From: Auanema rhodensis
Lineage: Eukaryota; Animalia; Nematoda
DNA length: 64,000 bases
NCBI GenBank assembly: GCA_964057225.1
Contig: OZ059896.1
Location: forward strand, 1,488,001 to 1,552,000
Direction: 5' to 3'
In this document: piece after piece, positions 39,501 through 51,400 of the stretch
Position numbering within the stretch: position 1 is the stretch's first letter
Layout: the number at the start of each line of letters is the position of its first letter
Program-made: the position numbers and the translations under genes
Notes under the pieces: model-generated
Seen by the model: only the letters and a program-made list of their open reading frames with translations
The model's database searches: none
Told to the model about the DNA's origin: nothing

Positions 39501-42393
39501 ATGGTTACCATGCACCAATATCAATAAAAATTTGTTTTTAGACTAATATGGACATGGGGAATCTAATTTTGAAAACCGCATCTCTTTATCTTTCACGTGA
39601 AGCGAGTTACATACCAAGTGCACATCACGTGTACATTTAATTAGCATAAATTAAAGTTCACGTAAATTTCAAAGTCATGGTTACCATGAACCAATATCAA
39701 TAAAAATTTGTTTTTAGACTAATATGGACATGGGGAATCTAATTTTGAAAACCGCATCTCTTTATCTCTCACGTGAAGCGAGTTACATACCAAGTGCACA
39801 TCACGTGTACATTTAATTAGCATAAATTAAAGTTCACGTAAATTTCAAAGTCATGGTTACCATGCACCAATATCAATAAAAATTTGTTTTTAGACTAATA
39901 TGGACATGGGGAATCCAATTTTGAAAACCGCATCTCTTTTTCTTTCACGTGAAGCGAGTTACATACCAAGTGCACATCACGTGTACATTTAATTAGCATA
40001 AATTAAAGTTCACGTAAATTTCAAAGTCATGGTTACCATGCACCAATATCAATAAAATTTTGTTTTTAGACTAATATGGACATGAGGAATCTAATTTTGA
40101 AAACCGCATCTTTTTATCTTTCACGTGAAGCGAGTTACATACCAAGTGCACATCACGTGTACGTTTAATTAGCATAAATTAAAGTTCACGTAAATTTCAA
40201 AGTCATGGTTACCATGAACCAATATCAATAAAAATTTGTTTTTAGACTAATATGGACATGGGGAATCTAATTTTGAAAACCGCATCTCTTTTTCTTTCAC
40301 GTGAAGCGAGTTACATACCAAGTGCACATCACGTGTACATTCAATTAGCATAAATTAAAGTTCACGTAAATTTCAAAGTCATGGTTAGCATGAACCAATA
40401 TCAATAAAAATTTGTTTTTAGACTAATTTGGACATGGGGAATCTAATTTTGAAAACCGCATCTCTTTATCTTTCACGTGAAGCGAGTTACATACCAAGTG
40501 CACATCACGTGTACATTTAATTAGCATAAATTAAAGTTCACGTAAATTTCAAAGTCATGGTTACCATGAACCAATATCAATAAAAATTTGTTTTGAGACT
40601 AATATGGACATGGGGAATCTAATTTCGAAAACCGCATCTCTTTATCTTTCACGTGAAGCGAGTTACATACCAAGTGCACATCACGTGTAAATTTATTTAG
40701 CATAAATTAAAGTTCACGTAAATTTCAAAGTCATGGTTAGCATGAACCAATATCAATAAAAATTTGTTTTTAGACTAATATGGACATGGGGAATCTAATT
40801 TTGAAAACCGCATCTCTTTATCTTTCACGTGAAGCGAGTTACATTCCAGGTGCACATCACGTGTACATTTATTCAGCATAAATTAAAGTTCACGTAAATT
40901 TCAAAGTCATGGTTACCATGAACCAATATCAATAAAAATTTGTTTTTAGACTAATATGGACATGGGGAATCTAATTTTGCAAACCGCATCTCTTTATCTT
41001 TCACGTGAGGCGAGTTACATACCAAGTGCACATCACGTGTACATTTAATTAGCATAAATTAAAGTTCACGTAAATTTCAAAGTCATGGTTACCATGAACC
41101 AATATCAATAAAAATTTGTTTTTAGACTAATATGGACATGGGGAATCTAATTTTGAAAACCGCATCTCTTTATCTTTCACGTGAAGCGAGTTACATACCA
41201 AGTGCACATCACGTGTACATTTAATTAGCATAAATTAAAGTTCACGTAAATTTCAAAGTCATGGTTACCATGAACCAATATCAATAAAAATTTGTTTTTA
41301 GACTAATATGGACATGGGGAATCTAATTTTGAAAACCGCATCTCTTTATATTTCACGTGAAGCGAGTTACATACCAAGTGCACATCACGTGTACATTTAA
41401 TTAGCATAAATTAAAGTTCACGTAAATTTCAAAGTCATGGTTACCATGCACCAATATCAATAAAAATTTGTTTTTAGACTAATATGGACATGGTGAATCT
41501 AATTTTGAAAACCGCATCTCTTTATCTTTCACGTGAAGCGAGTTACATACCAAGTGCACATCACGTGTACATTTAATTAGCATAAATTAAAGTTCACGTA
41601 AATTTCAAAGTCATGGTTACCATGCACCAATATCAATAAAAATTTGTTTTTAGACTAATATGGACATGGGGAATCTAATTTTGAAAACCGCATCTCTTTA
41701 TCTTTCACGTGAAGCGAGTTACATACCAAGTGCACATCACGTGTACATTTAATTAGCATAAATTAAAGTTCACGTAAATTTCAAAGTCATGGTTACCATG
41801 AACCAATATCAATAAAAATTTGTTTTTAGACTAATATGGACATGGGGAATCTAATTTTGAAAACCGCATCTCTTTATCTTTCACGTGAAGCGAGTTACAT
41901 ACCAAGTGCACATCACGTGTACATTTAATTAGCATAAATTAAAGTTCACGTAAATTTCAAAGTCATGGTTACCATGCACCAATATCAATAAAAATTCGTT
42001 TTTAGACTAATATGGACATGGGGAATCTAATTTCGAAAACCGCATCTCTTTATCTTTCACGTGAAGCGAGTTACATACCAAGTGCACATCACGTGTACAT
42101 TCAATTAGCATAAATTAAAGTTCACGTAAATTTCAAAGTCATGGTTAGCATGAACCAATATCAATAAAAATTTGTTTTTAGACTAATATGGACATGGGGA
42201 ATCTAATTTTGTAAACCGCATCTCTTTATCTTTCACGTGAGGCGAGTTACATACCAAGTGCACATCACGTGTACATTTAATTAGCATAAATTAAAGTTCA
42301 CGTAAATTTCAAAGTCATGGTTACCATGAACCAATATCAATAAAAATTTGTTTTTAGACTAATATGGACATGGGGAATCTAATTTTGAAAACC
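27513..42393 (+). repeat. Tandem satellite array, 176-bp monomer, forward orientation (about 84.5 copies)
   Basis: TTCACGTAAATTTCAAAGTCATGGTTACCATG (with variants) starts at 27513, 27689, 27865 and onward to 42297 (= 27513 + 84x176). The array ends at ...AATTTTGAAAACC 42393. About 32% GC. Confidence 0.99.
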
Positions 42394-42403
42394 AATTAAA
42401 CCA
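42387..42403. other. Inversion centre: 17-nt loop of the large inverted repeat, including the 10-nt non-satellite insert AATTAAACCA (42394-42403)
   Basis: Reads ...GGGGAATCTAATTTT[GAAAACCAATTAAACCA]AAAATTAGATTCCCC... The flanks are reverse complements. GAAAACC continues the forward monomer, and AATTAAACCA matches neither orientation at this position. Confidence 0.95.
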
Positions 42404-45400
42404 AAAATTAGATTCCCCATGTCCATATTAGTCTAAAAACAAATTTTTAATGATATTGGTGCATGGTAACCATGACTTTGAAATTTACGTGAACTTTAAT
42501 TTATGCTAATTAAATGTACACGTGATGTGCACTTGGTATGTAACTCGCTTCACGTGAAAGATAAAGAGATGCGGTTTTCACAATTAGATTCCCCATGTCC
42601 ATATTAGTCTAAAAACAAATTTTTATTGATATTGGTGCATGGTAACCATGACTTTGAAATTTACGTGAACTTTAATTTATGCTAATTAAATGTACACGTG
42701 ATGTGCACTTGGTATGTAACTCGCTTCACGTGAAAGATAAATAGACGCGGTTTTCAAAATTAGATTCCCCATGTCCAAATTAGTCTAAAAACAAATTTTT
42801 ATTTATATTGGTTCATGGTAACCATGACTTTGAAATTTACGTGAACTTTAATTTATGCTAATTTAATGTACACGTGATGTGCACTTGGTATGTAACTCGC
42901 TTCACGTGAAAGATAAAGAGATGCGGTTTTCACAATTAGATTCCCCATGTCCATATTAGTCTAAAAACAAATTTTTATTGTTATTGGTTTATGGTAACCA
43001 TGACTTTGAAATTTACGTGAACTTTAATTTATGCTAATTAAATGTACACGTGATGTGCACTTGGTATGTAACTCGCTTCACGTGAAAGATAAATAGACGC
43101 GGTTTTCAAAATTAGATTCCCCATGTCCAAATTAGTCTAAAAACAAATTTTTATTGATATTGGTGCATGGTAACCATGACTTTGAAATTTACGTGAACTT
43201 TAATTTATGCTAATTAAATGTACACGTGATGTGCACTTGGTATGTAACTCGCTTCACGTGAAAGATAAATAGACGCGGTTTTCAAAATTAGATTCCCCAT
43301 GTCCAAATTAGTCTAAAAACAAATTTTTATTTATATTGGTTCATGGTAACCATGACTTTGAAATTTACGTGAACTTTAATTTATGCTAATTAAATGTACA
43401 CGTGATGTGCACTTGGTATGTAACTCGCTTCACGTGAAAGATAAAGAGATGCGGTTTTCAAAATTAGATTCCCCATGTCCATATTAGTCTAAAAACAAAT
43501 TTTTAATGATATTGGTGCATGTTAACCATGACTTTGAAATTTACGTGAACTTTAATTTATGCTAATTAAATGTACACGTGATGTGCACTTGGTATGTAAC
43601 TCGCTTCACGTGAAAGATAAAGAGATGCGGTTTTCAAAATTAGATTCCCCATGTCCATATTAGTCTAAAAACAAATATTTATTGATATTGATTCATGGTA
43701 ACCATGACTTTGAAATTTACGTGAACTTTAATTTATGCTAATTAAATGTACACGTGATGTGCACTTGGTATGTAACTCGCTTCACGTGAAAGATATAGAG
43801 ATGCGGTTTTCAAAATAAGATTCCCCATGTCCATATTAGTCTAAAAACAAATTTTTAATGATATTGGTGCATGGTAACCATGACTTTGAAATTTACGTGA
43901 ACTTTAATTTATGCTAATTAAATGTACACGTGATGTGCACTTGGTATGTAACTCGCTTCACGTGAAAGATAAAGAGATGCGGTTTTCACATTTAGATTCC
44001 CCATGTCCATATTAGTCTAAAAACAAATTTTTATTGATATTGGTTCATGGTAACCATGACTTTGAAATTTACGTGAACTTTAATTTATGCTAATTAAATG
44101 TACACGTGATGTGCACTTGGTATGTAACTCGCTTCACGTGAAAGATAAAGAGATGCGGTTTTCAAAATTAGATTCCCCATGTCCGTATTAGTCTAAAAAC
44201 AAATTTTTATTGATATTGGTGCATGGTAACCATGACTTTGAAATTTACGTGAACTTTAATTTATGCTAATTAAATGTACACGTGATGTGCACTTGGTATG
44301 TAACTCGCTTCACGTGAAAGATAAAGAGATGCGGTTTTCACAATTAGATTCCCCATGTCCATATTAGTCTAAAAACAAATTTTTATTGATATTGGTTCAT
44401 GGTAACCATGACTTTGAAATTTACGTGAACTTTAATTTATGCTAATTAAATGTACACGTGATGTGCACTTGGTATGTAACTCGCTTCACGTGAAAGATAA
44501 AGAGATGCGGTTTTCAAAATTAGATTCCCCATGTCCATATTAGTCTAAAAACAAATTTTTATTGATATTGGTGCATGGTAACCATGACTTTGAAATTTAC
44601 GTGAACTTTAATTTATGCTAATTAAATGTACACGTGATGTGCACTTGGTATGTAACTCGCTTCACGTGAAAGATAAATAGACGCGGTTTTCAAAATTAGA
44701 TTCCCCATGTCCAAATTAGTCTAAAAACAAATTTTTATTTATATTGGTTCATGGTAACCATGACTTTGAAATTTACGTGAACTTTAATTTATGCTAATTA
44801 AATGTACACGTGATGTGCACTTGGTATGTAACTCGCTTCACGTGAAAGATAAAAAGATGCGGTTTTCACAATTAGATTCCCCATGTCCATATTAGTCTAA
44901 AAACAAATTTTTATTGATATTGGTGCATGGTAACCATGACTTTGAAATTTACGTGAACTTTAATTTATGCTAATTAAATGTACACGTGATGTGCACTTGG
45001 TATGTGACTCGCTTCACGTGAAAGATAAATAGACGCGGTTTTCAAAATTAGATTCCCCATGTCCAAATTAGTCTAAAAACAAATTTTTATTTATATTGGT
45101 TCATGGTAACCATGACTTTGAAATTTACGTGAACTTTAATTTATGCTAATTTAATGTACACGTGATGTGCACTTGGTATGTAACTCGCTTCACGTGAAAG
45201 ATAAAGAGATGCGGTTCTCACAATTAGATTCCCCATGTCCATATTAGTCTAAAAACAAATTTTTATTGATATTGGAGCATGGTAACCATGACTTTGAAAT
45301 TTACGTGAACTTTAATTTATGCTAATTTAATGTACACGTGATGTGCACTTGGTATGTAACTCGCTTCACGTGAAAGATAAAGAGATGCGGTTCTCACAAT

Positions 45401-48400
45401 AAGATTCCCCATGTCCATATTAGTCTAAAAACAAATTTTTATTGATATTGGAGCATGGTAACCATGACTTTGAAATTTACGTGAACTTTAATTTATGCTA
45501 ATTAAATGTACACGTGATGTGCACTTGGTATGTAACTCGCTTCACGTGAAAGATAAATAGATGCGGTTTTCAAAATTAGATTCCCCATGTCCAAATTAGT
45601 CTAAAAACAAATTTTTATTGATATTGGTTCATGGTAACCATGACTTTGAAATTTACGTGAACTTCAATTTATGCTAATTTAATGTACAAGTGATGTGCAC
45701 TTGGTATGTAACTCGCTTCACGTGAAAGATAAAGAGATGCGGTTTTCACAATTAGATTCCCCATGTCCATATTAGTCTAAAAACAAATTTTTATTGATAT
45801 TGGTGCATGGTAACCATGACTTTGAAATTTACGTGAACTTTAATTTATGCTAATTAAATGTACACGTGATGTGCACTTGGTATGTAACTCGCTTCACGTG
45901 AAAGATAAAGAGATGCGGTTTTCAAAATTAGATTCCCCATGTCCATATTAGTCTAAAAACAAATTTTTATTGATATTGGTTCATGCTAACCATGACTTTG
46001 AAATTTACGTGAACTTTAATTTATGCTAATTAAATGTACACGTGATGTGCACTTGGTATGTAACTCGCTTCACGTGAAAGATAAAGAGATGCGGTTTTCA
46101 AAATTAGATTCCCCATGTCCATATTAGTCTAAAAACAAATTTTTATTGATATTGGTTCATGGTAACCATGACTTTGAAATTTACGTGAACTTTAATTTAT
46201 GCTAATTGAATGTACACGTGATGTGCACTTGGTATGTAACTCGCTTCACGTGAAAGATAAATAGACGCGGTTTTCAAAATTAGATTCCCCATGTCCAAAT
46301 TAGTCTAAAAACAAATTTTTATTGATATTGATTCATGGTAACCATGACTTTGAAATTTACGTGAACTTCAATTTATGCTAATTAAATGTACACGTGATGT
46401 GCACTTGGTATGTAACTCGCTTCACGTGAAAGATATATAGACGCGGTTTTCAAAATTAGATTCCCCATGTCCAAATTAGTCTAAAAACAAATTTTTATTT
46501 ATATTGGTTCATGGTAACCATGACTTTGAAATTTACGTGAACTTTAATTTATGCTAATTAAATGTACACGTGATGTGCACTTGGTATGTAACTCACTTCA
46601 CGTGAAAGATAAAGAGATGCGGTTTTCAAAATTAGATTCCCCATGTCCATATTAGTCTAAAAACAAATTTTTATTGATATTGATTCATGGTAACCATGAC
46701 TTTGAAATTTACGTGAACTTCAATTTATGCTAATTAAATGTACACGTGATGTGCACTTGGTATGTAACTCGCTTCACGTGAAAGATAAATAGACGCGGTT
46801 TTCAAAATTAGATTCCCCATGTCCAAATTAGTCTAAAAACAAATTTTTATTTATATTGGTTCATGGTAACCATGACTTTGAAATTTACGTGAACTTTAAT
46901 TTATGCTAATTTAATGTACACGTGATGTGCACTTGGTATGTAACTCGCTTCACGTGAAAGATAAAGAGATGCGGTTTTCAAAATTAGATTCCCCATGTCC
47001 ATATTAGTCTAAAAACAAATTTTTAATGATATTGGTGCATGGTAACCATGACTTTGAAATTTACGTGAACTTTAATTTATGCTAATTAAATGTACACGTG
47101 ATGTGCACTTGGTATGTAACTCGCTTCACGTGAAAGATAAAGAGATGCGGTTTTCACATTTAGATTCCCCATGTCCATATTAGTCTAAAAACAAATTTTT
47201 ATTGATATTGGTTCATGGTAACCATGACTTTGAAATTTACGTGAACTTTAATTTATGCTAATTAAATGTACACGTGATGTGCACTTGGTATGTAACTCGC
47301 TTCACGTGAAAGATAAAGAGATGCGGTTTTCAAAATTAGATTCTTCATGTCCGTATTAGTCTAAAAACAAATTTTTATTGATATTGGTGCATGGTAACCA
47401 TGACTTTGAAATTTACGTGAACTTTAATTTATGCTAATTAAATGTACACGTGATGTGCACTTGGTATGTAACTCGCTTCACGTGAAAGATAAAGAGATGC
47501 GGTTTTCACAATTAGATTCCCCATGTCCATATTAGTCTAAAAACAAATTTTTATTGATATTGGTGCATGGTAACCATGACTTTGAAATTTACGTGAACTT
47601 TAATTTATGCTAATTAAATGTACACGTGATGTGCACTTGGTATGTAACTCGCTTCACGTGAAAGATAAAGAGATGCGGTTTTCAAAATTAGATTCCCCAT
47701 GTGCATATTAGTCTAAAAACAAATTTTTATTGATATTGGTTCATGCTAACCATGACTTTGAAATTTACGTGAACTTTAATTTATGCTAATTAAATGTACA
47801 CGTGATGTGCACTTGGTATGTAACTCGCTTCACGTGAAAGATAAAGAGATGCGGTTTTCAAAATTAGATTCCCCATGTCCATATTAGTCTAAAAACAAAT
47901 TTTTATTGATATTGGTTCATGGTAACCATGACTTTGAAATTTACGTGAACTTTAATTTATGCTAATTGAATGTACACGTGATGTGCACTTGGTATGTAAC
48001 TCGCTTCACGTGAAAGATAAATAGACGCGGTTTTCAAAATTAGATTCCCCATGTCCAAATTAGTCTAAAAACAAATTTTTATTGATATTGATTCATGGTA
48101 ACCATGACTTTGAAATTTACGTGAACTTCAATTTATGCTAATTAAATGTACACGTGATGTGCACTTGGTATGTAACTCGCTTCACGTGAAAGATATATAG
48201 ACGCGGTTTTCAAAATTAGATTCCCCATGTCCAAATTAGTCTAAAAACAGATTTTTATTTATATTGGTTCATGGTAACCATGACTTTGAAATTTACGTGA
48301 ACTTTAATTTATGCTAATTAAATGTACACGTGATGTGCACTTGGTATGTAACTCGCTTCACGTGAAAGATAAAGAGATGCGGTTTTCAAAATTAGATTCC

Positions 48401-51400
48401 CCATGTCCATATTAGTCTAAAAACAAATTTTTATTGATATTGATTCATGGTAACCATGACTTTGAAATTTACGTGAACTTCAATTTATGCTAATTAAATG
48501 TACACGTGATGTGCACTTGGTATGTAACTCGCTTCACGTGAAAGATAAATAGACGCGGTTTTCAAAATTAGATTCCCCATGTCCATATTAGTCTAAAAAC
48601 AAATTTTTATTGATATTGATTCATGGTAACCATGACTTTGAAATTTACGTGAACTTCAATTTATGCTAATTAAATGTACACGTGATGTGCACTTGGTATG
48701 TAACTCGCTTCACGTGAAAGATAAAGAGATGCGGTTTTCAAAATTAGATTCCCCATGTCCATATTAGTCTAAAAACAAATTTTTAATGATATTGGTGCAT
48801 GGTAACCATGACTTTGAAATTTACGTGAACTTTAATTTATGCTAATTAAATGTACACGTGATGTGCACTTGGTATGTAACTCGCTTCACGTGAAAGATAA
48901 AGAGATGCGGTTTTCACATTTAGATTCCCCATGTCCATATTAGTCTAAAAACAAATTTTTATTGATATTGGTTCATGGTAACCATGACTTTGAAATTTAC
49001 GTGAACTTTAATTTATGCTAATTAAATGTACACGTGATGTGCACTTGGTATGTAACTCGCTTCACGTGAAAGATAAAGAGATGCGGTTTTCAAAATTAGA
49101 TTCCCCATGTCCGTATTAGTCTAAAAACAAATTTTTATTGATATTGGTGCATGGTAACCATGACTTTGAAATTTACGTGAACTTTAATTTATGCTAATTA
49201 AATGTACACGTGATGTGCACTTGGTATGTAACTCGCTTCACGTGAAAGATAAAGAGATGCGGTTTTCACAATTAGATTCCCCATGTCCATATTAGTCTAA
49301 AAACAAATTTTTATTGATATTGGTTCATGGTAACCATGACTTTGAAATTTACGTGAACTTTAATTTATGCTAATTAAATGTACACGTGATGTGCACTTGG
49401 TATGTAACTCGCTTCACGTGAAAGATAAAGAGATGCGGTTTTCAAAATTAGATTCCCCATGTCCATATTAGTCTAAAAACAAATTTTTATTGATATTGGT
49501 GCATGGTAACCATGACTTTGAAATTTACGTGAACTTTAATTTATGCTAATTAAATGTACACGTGATGTGCACTTGGTATGTAACTCGCTTCACGTGAAAG
49601 ATAAATAGACGCGGTTTTCAAAATTAGATTCCCCATGTCCAAATTAGTCTAAAAACAAATTTTTATTTATATTGGTTCATGGTAACCATGACTTTGAAAT
49701 TTACGTGAACTTTAATTTATGCTAATTAAATGTACACGTGATGTGCACTTGGTATGTAACTCGCTTCACGTGAAAGATAAAAAGATGCGGTTTCCACAAT
49801 TAGATTCCCCATGTCCATATTAGTCTAAAAACAAATTTTTATTGATATTGGTGCATGGTAACCATGACTTTGAAATTTACGTGAACTTTAATTTATGCTA
49901 ATTAAATGTACACGTGATGTGCACTTGGTATGTAACTCGCTTCACGTGAAAGATAAATAGACGCGGTTTTCAAAATTAGATTCCCCATGTCCAAATTAGT
50001 CTAAAAACAAATTTTTATTTATATTGGTTCATGGTAACCATGACTTTGAAATTTACGTGAACTTTAATTTATGCTAATTTAATGTACACGTGATGTGCAC
50101 TTGGTATGTAACTCGCTTCACGTGAAAGATAAAGAGATGCGGTTCTCACAATTAGATTCCCCATGTCCATATTAGTCTAAAAACAAATTTTTATTGATAT
50201 TGGAGCATGGTAACCATGACTTTGAAATTTACGTGAACTTTAATTTATGCTAATTTAATGTACACGTGATGTGCACTTGGTATGTAACTCGCTTCACGTG
50301 AAAGATAAAGAGATGCGGTTCTCACAATTAGATTCCCCATGTCCATATTAGTCTAAAAACAAATTTTTATTGATATTGGAGCATGGTAACCATGACTTTG
50401 AAATTTACGTGAACTTCAATTTATGCTAATTTAATGTACAAGTGATGTGCACTTGGTATGTAACTCGCTTCACGTGAAAGATAAAGAGATGCGGTTTTCA
50501 CAATTAGATTCCCCATGTCCATATTAGTCTAAAAACAAATTTTTATTGATATTGGTGCATGGTAACCATGACTTTGAAATTTACGTGAACTTTAATTTAT
50601 GCTAATTAAATGTACACGTGATGTGCACTTGGTATGTAACTCGCTTCACGTGAAAGATAAAGAGATGCGGTTTTCAAAATTAGATTCCCCATGTCCATAT
50701 TAGTCTAAAAACAAATTTTTATTGATATTGGTTCATGCTAACCATGACTTTGAAATTTACGTGAACTTTAATTTATGCTAATTAAATGTACACGTGATGT
50801 GCACTTGGTATGTAACTCGCTTCACGTGAAAGATAAAGAGATGCGGTTTTCAAAATTAGATTCCCCATGTCCATATTAGTCTAAAAACAAATTTTTGTTG
50901 ATATTGGTTCATGATAACCATGACTTTGAAATTTACGTGAACTTTAATTTATGCTAATTGAATGTACACGTGATGTGCACTTGGTATGTAACTCGCTTCA
51001 CGTGAAAGATAAAGAGATGCGGTTTTCAAAATTAGATTCCCCATGTCCAAATTAGTCTAAAAACAAATTTTTATTGATATTGGTTCATGGTAACCATGAC
51101 TTTGAAATTTACGTGAACTTTAATTTATGCTAATTAAATGTACACGTGATGTGCACTTGGTATGTAACTCGCTTCACGTGAAAGATAAAGAGATGCGGTT
51201 TTCACAATTAGATTCCCCATGTCCATATTAGTCTAAAAACAAATTTTTATTGATATTGATTCATGGTAACCATGACTTTGAAATTTACGTGAACTTCAAT
51301 TTATGCTAATTAAATGTACACGTGATGTGCACTTGGTATGTAACTCGCTTCACGTGAAAGATAAATAGACGCGGTTTTCAAAATTAGATTCCCCATGTCC

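Noticed and set aside
42340-42450. Fold-back chimeric read or assembly artefact at the inversion
   Set aside because: An artefact would mirror the variants on both sides. The arms differ from the first monomer and have distinct variant sets. Read support is still needed for final exclusion.
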